A DNA stretch of 41,561 nucleotides. Source: Promethearchaeota archaeon. GTDB taxonomy: Archaea > Asgardarchaeota > Lokiarchaeia > Sigyniarchaeales > SOKP01. The stretch lies in NCBI GenBank assembly GCA_048938895.1, contig JBHLLU010000014.1, positions 45,390-86,950 of the forward strand, in the 5' to 3' direction. Below, in pieces: positions 27,246-36,475 of this stretch. The notes below the pieces were generated by a model. That model was not told where the DNA came from. It saw only the letters and a program-made list of their open reading frames with translations, and did not search any database. Position numbers and translations under genes: made by a program. Within the stretch, counting starts at the first letter, position 1. Every line of letters begins with the position of its first letter.

Positions 27246-27259
27246 TGAATATATATTCA
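27246..27259. promoter_or_regulatory. TGAAT-N4-ATTCA palindrome (copy 6)
   Basis: TTGTGAAT-ATAT-ATTCATAA upstream of the NifX-OsmC pair. Confidence 0.7.
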
Positions 27260-27277
27260 TAATAATATATTCTTACA

Positions 27278-27322
27278 TCGAACATCATTCGACTATAAGT
27301 TAATATATCGAATAGAATTCGA
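27278..27322. promoter_or_regulatory. Tandem TCGAAY-N3-ATTCGA palindromes 30 bp apart (Lrp/FFRP-like sites)
   Basis: TCGAAC-ATC-ATTCGA at 27278-27292 and TCGAAT-AGA-ATTCGA at 27308-27322. Confidence 0.55.
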
Positions 27323-27809
27323 TAGGTTTATATATCTTAAATATTATATATTAATTGAGAAAGAAGAAATTATTTGATTATAAAAAAATTGATATTTGAA
27401 TTTTATTCGGGAATTAAGAAGGAAAAGAGAATTTTCGTGAGTTGTTAGATAATAATAGAATATTGAATAAAAATTAAAAAGAGTTGATAATAAAGATTGT
27501 ATAATGAAATTAGGGATATTAAAAACAGATATCATGGTCAGAAGAATATAAATTATCAAAATCGAAAAAATGAATTAATATATGCTTCGGGTAATATAAA
27601 AGAAGATTTCATAAATTCCATTAATCGATGGAAATATCAAAAAAAAATCGAGAAGCTTAAAGAAAACCTAGACAAGATAAGATGATCTATTCTTCGGAAT
27701 TAAGTAAATATCTATTTTATTCGAATTAAAAAAGATTGTTAATAATACCATTTCATTTTTATTCCCTAGTGAAATTCAATTAAATTAAAAATAAATATGA
27801 GGTGGTAAA

Positions 27810-28139
27810 ATGTCAAAAGTTAACATGAGCATAAATTTTTATGAACCTAATACTTATCTAGAAGATTTTAGAACTTGTATTAAAATAGACGAAAAGCTAT
27901 TGCACAAGATAAAAATTATTGTAAATGAGCTTTCAGATAAACATTATCCCTATGATGCTTTATGTTGGGCACTAGCAGAATTTCAGATGATTTTTGAAAA
28001 AGGTAAAAAAAATTTTTCGGAAAAAGAGGTAGTCAATAGATTTAATAAAATTAACGATTCTGATCTCAGTTATGAAGTAGTTTGTCAGTTAATTCCGTTT
28101 TTAAAAGTCTACCTAGAAGAAATAAAATTATATCCCTGA
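27810..28139 (+). CDS. Hypothetical protein (YDxLCWxxAE motif, loosely DUF2934-like)
   Basis: GAGGTGG RBS; internal repeat YPYDALCW / LSYEVVCQ. Confidence 0.6.
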   Translation: MSKVNMSINFYEPNTYLEDFRTCIKIDEKLLHKIKIIVNELSDKHYPYDALCWALAEFQMIFEKGKKNFSEKEVVNRFNKINDSDLSYEVVCQLIPFLKVYLEEIKLYP

Positions 28140-28183
28140 AATTATTTATTGATGAATATATGAAGGATTAGGAGGTGAATTAT

Positions 28184-28579
28184 TTGATTGAAATTTTAAA
28201 TAAAAAGAAAAAGTTAATAGGATACGTTGAGGAAAAAAAATTTTTTAATAAAAATAAAAAATTAATAGGTTATTTGGAAGGGAATATTATTAAAAACAAA
28301 AATGGTCGCACCCTCTTAATGCTTGATTCACATAATGATATTTTTTACGGTACAGATCAAGTTGGTTTTATTCTGGATTCAACAATTTGGTTTAAAGAAG
28401 AAGCTATATTTGAATTTTCCCTTCAAAAAAGAGAAATAAAGTCTAAAAACGATGAAGATATTTTAATTTTGAAAAGTAATCATAGTCAAATTGAGGATTT
28501 AGATCTGTTTGGTATTGCTATAATATTTTTTAAAAACAAATGGTGGGAAAGAGTAACAGGATTGATGATAAAATTATAG
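28184..28579 (+). CDS. Hypothetical beta-repeat protein
   Basis: GGAGGTGA RBS favours TTG 28184; repeats NKKKKLIGYVE / NKNKKLIGYLE. Confidence 0.6.
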   Translation: MIEILNKKKKLIGYVEEKKFFNKNKKLIGYLEGNIIKNKNGRTLLMLDSHNDIFYGTDQVGFILDSTIWFKEEAIFEFSLQKREIKSKNDEDILILKSNHSQIEDLDLFGIAIIFFKNKWWERVTGLMIKL

Positions 28580-28610
28580 ACAAAATATCATAATTATATT
28601 AATAAAATTT

Positions 28611-29531
28611 TTAAATTAATAAGTTTAAATTTCTTTGAAGAACTGGAAAAAACTGTTTTCCATTGGAAGGATAAAACATTTTAAGTTTCTTAGATAATGA
28701 ATTTAATAAATTATCATCAATTTTTCCCTTTAAAATCAATTTAGTTTCTTCTTCTGAAATTGTTTCTAGTCTTCTAATATTATGGAAGGCTTTTTGATTA
28801 GCAGGACACTGAAATTGACATTTCATGCACCCAATTAATGCATTATGAGCTTTTGGATTTATCCAACTGGGAATATCACCTGGAATTTCATTATATAAAG
28901 AGATACATTTCCCTGCATTAATAACAAACTCTTCTTCTTTTGCAGTAGGAATTGCACCTGTAGGGCAATTGTTTATACAAGATTCACAATTTTTGCATGA
29001 ATCCATCATTACAAGATCATTCCAATTATCTTCCTTAAAGTCATAATCTGTAAAGTAGGCATAAAGTGATATACAACTTCCCCAATCATCTATATAACAA
29101 ATGTTATTCCTTCCATATTTTCCTAAACCGCTTCTTACAGCCAATAGTTTTAAATGTACGTGAGCAAACTCGACTTTATGATCTGGTTCATCAATGATGT
29201 CATTTAAAACTAAATTTTCTAAATCTTCATATTCTAATCCATCGTCATAATAATTTGGGGGTATTATGATTTCATATTCCTTCCCATTTAATTGAAAATT
29301 AACCTGGGCTAATCTTGTTGAAATTGCTAATATTATTAATGACTTTGCCTTAGGTAATTTATCAGGAATCTTAAATTTTTTATTATTTAAGTATTTTCTA
29401 TAAGTTGGATGGAAACTGAGTTTATTTGCACTATTCAATTTATTAAAATCTTTTTGTAGATCCTCTAAATAATCAATCGAAAGAGTAGAATATTTGTATT
29501 CATAATCATCTATTTTAGTCGATAATATCAT
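28611..29531 (-). CDS. QueG/reductive-dehalogenase-like double [4Fe-4S] protein
   Basis: AVRSGLGKYGRNN, CKNCESCINNCPTGAI, CIS, GCMKCQFQCPAN. Confidence 0.75.
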   Translation of the reverse strand: MILSTKIDDYEYKYSTLSIDYLEDLQKDFNKLNSANKLSFHPTYRKYLNNKKFKIPDKLPKAKSLIILAISTRLAQVNFQLNGKEYEIIIPPNYYDDGLEYEDLENLVLNDIIDEPDHKVEFAHVHLKLLAVRSGLGKYGRNNICYIDDWGSCISLYAYFTDYDFKEDNWNDLVMMDSCKNCESCINNCPTGAIPTAKEEEFVINAGKCISLYNEIPGDIPSWINPKAHNALIGCMKCQFQCPANQKAFHNIRRLETISEEETKLILKGKIDDNLLNSLSKKLKMFYPSNGKQFFPVLQRNLNLLI

Positions 29532-29654
29532 TTATTTCTTTTTACCTTAATCATTTGGAATTCATTTTAGCTATTGTTGATATTATATAAAGCTATTTTC
29601 TAGTAATCAAACAAATTTAAATATTTTGAAGTGACAAAAAATCTGTTATGATGA

Positions 29655-30893
29655 TTAGAAGAGTGCCAATTGCACCTCTTTAAGAAGATCAACAGTAGTG
29701 AATTGATTTTTCCCCCCAGTTCTCAAGTAATTCATTGCTTTTTCAATACCTTTAATAGTTAAATCAAAAGTAGGGATGATTTGTGCAATTTTCATTTTGG
29801 TCCATGACATCCAATCATATTTCACCGGCTCAGGATTCAACCATATCACATTTTTTTTGAAATGGTTAGCAATCTCATTGATATAATAGAGTCCAGGTTT
29901 TTTACTTGTAACATCATCATAAAGGGCACCGTGAGGATTTGCTATTTCGCTACGATGCATTGTTTGATCTCCCACAATTATGACACGATAAGAGTCATCA
30001 TATTTTTTTAAAAAATCTTCGAAATCAATTGCTTGATCTATAGTTCTCTCAGCATTATCATACAAATAATTATAGATACAATTATGGAAATAATAATACT
30101 TAAAATCTTTCCAATGTGAAATATTATTTGCTGCAGAGAATAGAAGATTTACCTGATGTATGTAAATATCCATCGTTCCCCCAACATCCATCAAAAGCAA
30201 AATCTTAATATTATTCTTTTTCCTTTTATTAAAGATTAGTTCAATATCACCACCATTCCGTCCAGTCTCATAAATTGTTTTAGGTAGATCTAACTCATCT
30301 TTTTTACCAATTTCATCTAATTTTTTGAGTCGTTTTAAAGCAATTTTGATCTGTCGAGTATCAATTACTAAATCTTTCCTATAATCCTTAAAAATCCTTT
30401 TCTGAGCGATTCTTAAAGCACTGTGCATATCAGTATCTCCACCGATTCTAAATCCGTCAATATTCAATCCTGAATGCCCGAATTTTGATTGTCCTTGAGT
30501 TCCAATCCATTTATTTCCAAAATTATGTTCACCATCTTGCTCTCGAAGTAGCTTCTTAAATTGTTCTTCCATTTCCTCTAAAGTCATATTCCCAAAAAAT
30601 TCTTTAAAAGCTCCAGGTAAACGGAGGGTTTTTACATCCTTTTGAAGCCATTCCCATATTTCTTGCTTAAGATCTTCTGGAAATTCTAAACCAGCATCTT
30701 TAAAATAATTAGCGAATGCGATATCATAAATATCAAAATGATGCTCATTCTTACAGAGAATCGAACGAGAAATATAATAAAATTCTACCATGTTGTTTAT
30801 CAAACCCTTATTGAGGGCTTCCAATAAAGTCATAAATTCCGTTATACTAACTGGTAGCACATCTTTAAGGTAAAAAAAATAATCTAAAAACAT
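29655..30893 (-). CDS. VWA-domain protein (CoxE-like), MoxR partner
   Basis: LLLMDVGGTM MIDAS-like motif, YYFHNCIY, IIVGD, WLNPEP. Confidence 0.8.
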   Translation of the reverse strand: MFLDYFFYLKDVLPVSITEFMTLLEALNKGLINNMVEFYYISRSILCKNEHHFDIYDIAFANYFKDAGLEFPEDLKQEIWEWLQKDVKTLRLPGAFKEFFGNMTLEEMEEQFKKLLREQDGEHNFGNKWIGTQGQSKFGHSGLNIDGFRIGGDTDMHSALRIAQKRIFKDYRKDLVIDTRQIKIALKRLKKLDEIGKKDELDLPKTIYETGRNGGDIELIFNKRKKNNIKILLLMDVGGTMDIYIHQVNLLFSAANNISHWKDFKYYYFHNCIYNYLYDNAERTIDQAIDFEDFLKKYDDSYRVIIVGDQTMHRSEIANPHGALYDDVTSKKPGLYYINEIANHFKKNVIWLNPEPVKYDWMSWTKMKIAQIIPTFDLTIKGIEKAMNYLRTGGKNQFTTVDLLKEVQLALF

Positions 30894-31050
30894 GGAAATT
30901 TAATTCAATTCTCAGTTATTTTTATTTTCTTACTTGAAATAAATAAATATCCTTTTTTCTACTTTATTTTTTTTGAACACTTCCACATTTATGAAATTAG
31001 ATATCACCTTTTTCTCAGTTTTTAAATTGAATGAATTATGAATATGAATT

Positions 31051-31902
31051 ATGACAGAACAATATCAACAAATTTTAGTAGATTATCCTAGGCCGAAAGT
31101 AAAACGAATTACCCTAAATCGTCCTGAAAAGCGAAATCCCTTAAGTAATATAATTCGAGGGGAAATTTTTGATGCATTGCAGAAAGCAGATATGAATAAA
31201 GATATTCATGTGACAATTATAAGAGGTGCAGGCGTATGTTTTTCTGCTGGTTATGATCTCGGAGAAGATAACCGTGTTAATCGTCCATATTGGACAACAA
31301 CTTCGTATTATGCAAATTGGCCAAGACAAGTAAACCATTTATGGAGTATGATGGCGGATATGGCTAAACCTATTATTGCCCAAGTTCATGGGTATTGTCT
31401 TGCGGGAGGGTCTGAACTAGCCTCTTCATGTGATCTAGTTTATGTTGCTGAGGACGCGCAAATTGGATACCCCGCAGTTAGGAGTATGATGCCCCCAGAC
31501 CTTCAATATCCAACTTATATTATGGGATTGCGTGCAGCTATGGAATTTATGTTAACAGGATCATCAATAAGTGGCATCGAAGCCGTAAGAGTAGGCTTTG
31601 CAAATAGAGCTTTTCCTTTAGAAGAATTAGAAGATAAAACGTTAGAGATGGCGGAGAAAGTCTCAAAAATACCTCCTGATTTACAAATTTTAAATAAAAG
31701 ATCAGTGTGGCAAGCAATGGAAATTATGGGATACCGAACGCAAATAAGAGCCGGATATAATCTTCATACTCTCGGTGGTTATCAGAAATCGTCACAAGAA
31801 TTTATGAAACAACTATATCAGGAAGGGTTAAAAAAAGCTTGGAGTGATCGAGATGGTAAATGGGGTGATTATAGAACCTCAAAAAACAATGAAGAGAAAT
31901 AG
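31051..31902 (+). CDS. Enoyl-CoA hydratase/isomerase family protein
   Basis: ITLNRPEKRN, FSAGYDL, KPIIAQVHGYCLAGG.ELA..CD. Confidence 0.9.
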   Translation: MTEQYQQILVDYPRPKVKRITLNRPEKRNPLSNIIRGEIFDALQKADMNKDIHVTIIRGAGVCFSAGYDLGEDNRVNRPYWTTTSYYANWPRQVNHLWSMMADMAKPIIAQVHGYCLAGGSELASSCDLVYVAEDAQIGYPAVRSMMPPDLQYPTYIMGLRAAMEFMLTGSSISGIEAVRVGFANRAFPLEELEDKTLEMAEKVSKIPPDLQILNKRSVWQAMEIMGYRTQIRAGYNLHTLGGYQKSSQEFMKQLYQEGLKKAWSDRDGKWGDYRTSKNNEEK

Positions 31903-31960
31903 AGATGAAAATATAGCCTTTCTTTTTAATCAGTATAAAGATTTATGACAAAGTAAGAAT

Positions 31961-32812
31961 TTAAGTTGGGAATTTTAATTTTTCTATAGCAATTTCTAAG
32001 TCCTTTTCTTTCTTTATAAGGACACCTAAAAACGGAACTCCTTTTTTCAATTCATCAATAGTAATCCCACTCTTCAATAGCACTCCAATCCAATCAAGAA
32101 GTTCAGAAGTAGAAGGTAATTTACGCATCTTTGTTATAGCTCTTAAAGCATAAAAATGCTTTAAACATTGTTCTAATAAATTTTCTTTTAAGTTTGGATA
32201 ATGAAGATTACAAATATCGGCCATAAATTCTCTAGAAGGAAACTCAATCCAATGGAATACACATCTTCTTAGGAAAGCATCAGGAAGCTCTTTTTCATTA
32301 TTAGAAGTTATAATAACGATTGGTCTGGTTTTAGATTTTATAAACTCTTTAGTTTCTTTAATATAAAACTCCATAACATCCAATTCTTGAAGTAGATCGT
32401 TTGGAAATTCAATATCAGCTTTATCAATTTCATCTATAAGAAGAACCACCTGTTCATTTGAATCAAATGCTTCCCCTAATGGCCCATAAGTAATATAATC
32501 ATGAATATTATTAACATCACGATCTTCACAACCAAATCTACTATCATTCAATCTTTGGACAGTATCATACATATAGCATCCATCTATAGCTTCAGTTGTA
32601 CTCTTAATGTTCCAGATTATCAGATTTTTTCTTAAACTCAATGCTATCGCGTGAGCTAACATAGTTTTGCCTGTTCCAGGCTCTCCTTTCACAAGTAAAG
32701 GACGCCCAAGTGCAATAGATACATTAACGATATTTTTTAATTGGGGATCTGCTAAATATTTAACAGTATCTGTTTTTACGTCTCCTTTAAATTTATTAAA
32801 AGTAGCATCCAT
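31961..32812 (-). CDS. MoxR family AAA+ ATPase
   Basis: GEPGTGKT, LLIDEIDKAD, ITSNNEKELPDAFLRRC. Confidence 0.9.
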   Translation of the reverse strand: MDATFNKFKGDVKTDTVKYLADPQLKNIVNVSIALGRPLLVKGEPGTGKTMLAHAIALSLRKNLIIWNIKSTTEAIDGCYMYDTVQRLNDSRFGCEDRDVNNIHDYITYGPLGEAFDSNEQVVLLIDEIDKADIEFPNDLLQELDVMEFYIKETKEFIKSKTRPIVIITSNNEKELPDAFLRRCVFHWIEFPSREFMADICNLHYPNLKENLLEQCLKHFYALRAITKMRKLPSTSELLDWIGVLLKSGITIDELKKGVPFLGVLIKKEKDLEIAIEKLKFPT

Positions 32813-32959
32813 GTCAAAGAAAATAATTGTAAAATTAAATATTTTATGAGTTTTTTTTAAGATGTTTCTATTTTATTACTTATTGAAATTCATTCAAAAA
32901 ACTTTATTAATCATATTGATATAGTTTAAATTTAGATAAAGGAATCCATTTTTAGAAAA

Positions 32960-34054
32960 ATGCCCAATATTACATCTCTAATAACTCGAAGAATTAAGCC
33001 TATATGTGCAGTCTGGGAAATTACGTTAAGATGTAACAGCAATTGTATTCATTGTGGCTCAAAAGCGGGGGAAAGTCGTCTTAGTGAGTTGAGTACTAAT
33101 GAGGCTTTAAACTTAGTAAAAGAATTACATGATTGTGGTTATAAGGGGGTTGCGTTAATGGGCGGAGAACCTTTAATTAGAAAAGATTGGTATGAAATTG
33201 CTAGAGAAATAAAAAAACAAAAAATGGATTTATCGATTGTTACCAATGGATTAAATTTAAAACAACAAAGTCAAAATCTGAAAAAAGTAAAGCCAGATTG
33301 TGTTAGTTTAAGTTTAGATGGAGCTACTCCAAAAGTTCATGATTATATTCGGGGAGTTCAAGGATCATTTAAAAAAACACTCGAAGCAATTGAATTACTA
33401 AAGGATTTAAAAATACCTACAAGTGTTATCACAAGTGTTAATAAAATCAACCTTAAGGAATTGAATCTAATTAAGAATTTACTTCTTGGCAGAAATATTG
33501 CCTGGCAAATTCAAATATGTGTTCCCATTGGTCGTTTCCCTAAAGATTTAGTTATAACAAGAGAAGAATTTTATACATTAGCGTTATTTATAGCAATAAA
33601 TCAAAAAAAATACTCATCGAGAAGATTACCTTTAATAGGTGCCCATTGCCTTGGACATTTCTCGAGATTCATACCAAATTTAGGGTTAAGTCCATGGGTT
33701 GGATGTCAAGCCGGATTATCTGTATTAGGAATACAAAGTAATGGAAATATCAAGGGATGCTTAACTCTCCCCGACAAATATATTATAGGAAATGTACGAT
33801 CTAAGACTTTAAAGGAAATAGTGGAAAATTTAAGAGCCCAAAAGAAACTACTACCGAGTATGTGTAAAAATTGTGATTTAGTAAAATCATGCAGAGGTAC
33901 ATGTTTAGGAACTGCTTATGCTCTCAAGGATCAATACTGTCTAAGAGCTATTGAAAAAGATATTTTTAATGTAGAGCAATTATCAATTAAGAGAAAATTA
34001 GATTCCACCTATTCAAAAATTAGAAATTTTTATTATAATTTAATTATCAGATAA
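32960..34054 (+). CDS. Radical SAM/SPASM peptide maturase (splicease/PlpX-like clade)
   Basis: VWEITLRCNSNCIHCGSKAG, GGEP, AWQIQ..VP.G, W.GCQAG...LGI..NG.IKGC, CKNC.....C...C...C. Confidence 0.85.
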   Translation: MPNITSLITRRIKPICAVWEITLRCNSNCIHCGSKAGESRLSELSTNEALNLVKELHDCGYKGVALMGGEPLIRKDWYEIAREIKKQKMDLSIVTNGLNLKQQSQNLKKVKPDCVSLSLDGATPKVHDYIRGVQGSFKKTLEAIELLKDLKIPTSVITSVNKINLKELNLIKNLLLGRNIAWQIQICVPIGRFPKDLVITREEFYTLALFIAINQKKYSSRRLPLIGAHCLGHFSRFIPNLGLSPWVGCQAGLSVLGIQSNGNIKGCLTLPDKYIIGNVRSKTLKEIVENLRAQKKLLPSMCKNCDLVKSCRGTCLGTAYALKDQYCLRAIEKDIFNVEQLSIKRKLDSTYSKIRNFYYNLIIR

Positions 34055-34074
34055 ATAGAGGTGAAGTTTCAAAA

Positions 34075-34338
34075 TTGTTTAAAGATTTATTTCAAATATA
34101 TAAAATTGGTAAAGATTTGGGATTAAGTAAGAAAGAAGTAAAAAGCTTATCCCTATTTGGCAATAGCAAACACCCCGTCTTATATATTATCTTAATGATT
34201 GTATCAATTGTTGCAACTGTAATTTTAATATTCTTTTTAGGTATTCTAGCCTTCAGAAGGATATATCCCTCGGGAGCATTATATTCATCCGTTAACGAGA
34301 AGGATTTCAAACGAAATAAAGGGATTAACTTAAGATAA
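34075..34338 (+). CDS. Putative membrane-anchored precursor peptide 1
   Basis: GAGGTGA RBS + TTG; IGKDLGLSKKE leader, hydrophobic helix, YPSGALYSSV..KDFK. Confidence 0.75.
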   Translation: MFKDLFQIYKIGKDLGLSKKEVKSLSLFGNSKHPVLYIILMIVSIVATVILIFFLGILAFRRIYPSGALYSSVNEKDFKRNKGINLR

Positions 34339-34385
34339 TTAGAAATTGTAAGATTTACGATAGAGAGAAATGTGAAATTTAGAAA

Positions 34386-34685
34386 ATGTTCAAAAATTTA
34401 TTTAAGGTATATGAAATTGGTCGAGAAATAGGTTTAACCAAGAAAGAAATCAACAGATCCTTTTCTTCTGGAGATGAGACTCATAGTTTCAAAAATCAAT
34501 TCATTTCTTCTATTATTTTGGTAATCCTTTTTATTATCATTGCTGCTACAATTTATATTCTTACCATGCCTATTCATAATAGTACTCCACCCACAAATAG
34601 TACGTATCCAAGTGGGATAAGGTATTCGACTATAAGGATTAAAGATTTTAAGAAAAAATTAAAATATTACATTAAAGTAAAGTGA
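34386..34685 (+). CDS. Putative membrane-anchored precursor peptide 2
   Basis: IGREIGLTKKE leader, hydrophobic helix, YPSGIRYSTI..KDFK. Confidence 0.75.
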   Translation: MFKNLFKVYEIGREIGLTKKEINRSFSSGDETHSFKNQFISSIILVILFIIIAATIYILTMPIHNSTPPTNSTYPSGIRYSTIRIKDFKKKLKYYIKVK

Positions 34686-34715
34686 ATTATTGAATTTGGA
34701 GATGAAAAAATAAAT

Positions 34716-34967
34716 TTGTTTAGAAGTTCTTTATATTTATCCCAAATTGGTATAGAATTAGGATTAAGTAAGAAAGAACTAAAAAGTTTATCTCAATATG
34801 GTGAATTTAAGCATCCTTTTTTATACGGGATTTTAATTATTTTATCAATTTGTGTAATAGTGGTTCTAATATTGTTAGGTATTTATATTGAAAGAAGTAC
34901 ATATGCTACGGGATCTTATTACTCTAATGTAAAAAGAAAGGATTTCAAAAGAAGAAAAATAATTTAA
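34716..34967 (+). CDS. Putative membrane-anchored precursor peptide 3
   Basis: GGAGATGA RBS + TTG; IGIELGLSKKE leader, hydrophobic helix, YATGSYYSNV..KDFK. Confidence 0.75.
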   Translation: MFRSSLYLSQIGIELGLSKKELKSLSQYGEFKHPFLYGILIILSICVIVVLILLGIYIERSTYATGSYYSNVKRKDFKRRKII

Positions 34968-35010
34968 TTAAGATTTTAAATAAGCATTGAAATGTAAATC
35001 CTCTTAAAAA

Positions 35011-36333
35011 ATGAAGTTAAATGTAGGTTGTGGAAAGAAATTTGATCCAGAATATTTTAATATAGATTTATATGAGGAACTAGTTGCAGATAAGTTAATG
35101 TCTGCGATTAATCTAGATTTCGAAGACAACTCATGTGAAGAAGTTAAGGCAATCCAGATCATTGAACATTTATCATTTTTTGAAGCTATATATGCTTTAA
35201 ACGAATTTTTTCGCGTTTTACAGTTGAAGGGAAAATTAATTATTGAAATCCCTGATCTGATAAGAGCTTGTCAAGCTTTTTTAAATTCTAATAATGAACA
35301 AAAAAAAGAGGTTTTAGGATGGATTTATGGTGTACCAGATAAAGGTTTACAACACAAATTCTGTTTTCCTGAGTATTTGTTGACTGAATTATTAGAAAAT
35401 ACTGGATTTACTAATATTAAAACTTCAAAATATACGAATCTTGAAACAATTCCTATTTTAAGATTTGAATGTTATAAACCCGAAAGTTGGGAAAACGCTG
35501 AAATTTTCCAGATCTTAGCAATCATGCATAAAATTTTACAATCTGATAACCATGTTGATTTTACTAATTCTCTTTTAATTAAGGAACAAGAAGATCTTTT
35601 ATCTTTATGTCAAATTAGATTACTGGAATTTCAAAAAAAGAAAAAAAAAGAAATATTATTTGACATGTTCATCGAATCATTGATAAGATGGCCCTACTTG
35701 GTTAAAATATTATTAGAAGTGCTAAATGCTAGTTATCCAATTTTAAAAACAGATATTAAGCGTATTTCTTATGTAGCAGATCTCTTAATTCGCATAGATT
35801 TTCCAAATGTTTTATGTAATTTGCTGAAAGAAGCACCTGATTATCCTGGAACCCAAAGAATCGCATTCTTTTCAATCGAATCTTTTGCTAGAGGCATTGT
35901 AAGAAGTTTGATTTATATAACTGAGGGTAAAAATAAGTTAATAAAAAAACTTGAAGATCAATCTACCCAGATTGAATATCCTGAAATCATTTTTTTTTCT
36001 TCAAAAATTTTAGAAAAAAAGGCATCAGATTATTTTTATCTAGGAATCAAAGCTTTTTATAAAGAAAATTATACTATTGCATATAATCGTTTCCTCAGAG
36101 CTATTAAACTTTATAGAGACGATTTTTGGTATTTTTGGAATCTTGCTAAAATTTTAGTCATATTAAATCGAAAAACTGAAGCAATTAGATATTATAAAAA
36201 AACTGCTAGGTTGGTCAAATTAACCAAAATTAAAGATAAAAAAACAATCCAAAGTGAAATCAAAAAAGAACTGTATTCAGTGAAAAACAATAAAATTTCT
36301 ACTAAAGGATTCAGACCAATTTTATCTGTTTAA
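35011..36333 (+). CDS. Class I SAM-dependent methyltransferase with C-terminal TPR region
   Basis: KLNVGCG, NID, IIEHL, EFFRVL..KGKLIIEIPD; C-terminal YFYLG...AY..F..AI.L......WNLA.......AI.YY. Confidence 0.75.
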   Translation: MKLNVGCGKKFDPEYFNIDLYEELVADKLMSAINLDFEDNSCEEVKAIQIIEHLSFFEAIYALNEFFRVLQLKGKLIIEIPDLIRACQAFLNSNNEQKKEVLGWIYGVPDKGLQHKFCFPEYLLTELLENTGFTNIKTSKYTNLETIPILRFECYKPESWENAEIFQILAIMHKILQSDNHVDFTNSLLIKEQEDLLSLCQIRLLEFQKKKKKEILFDMFIESLIRWPYLVKILLEVLNASYPILKTDIKRISYVADLLIRIDFPNVLCNLLKEAPDYPGTQRIAFFSIESFARGIVRSLIYITEGKNKLIKKLEDQSTQIEYPEIIFFSSKILEKKASDYFYLGIKAFYKENYTIAYNRFLRAIKLYRDDFWYFWNLAKILVILNRKTEAIRYYKKTARLVKLTKIKDKKTIQSEIKKELYSVKNNKISTKGFRPILSV

Positions 36334-36475
36334 TCTTACCTTTAATCTTCTGATCAATTCCTAATTATCTTAAATATCTTTATGAAAAATATAAATAAAA
36401 TTTAAATAATTAAGGAGTAAACCCTACTTATCTAAATTTATTAGAAATTACATAGATTAAAGGAATGTGTATATT

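Noticed and set aside
18881-27322. CRISPR-like repeats
   Set aside because: Short, irregularly spaced palindromes in promoters; no array and no cas genes.
27344-27685. ORFs 27344-27559 (-) and 27497-27685 (+)
   Set aside because: Short, compositionally biased and motif-free; 27497-27685 may be real but cannot be supported here.
31028-31053. ATGAAT(T) microrepeat before the enoyl-CoA hydratase
   Set aside because: Direct low-complexity repeat without the ATTCA arm.
35632-35653. Poly-A runs as a phase-variation site in the methyltransferase
   Set aside because: In frame (poly-Lys), and such runs are common at this AT content.
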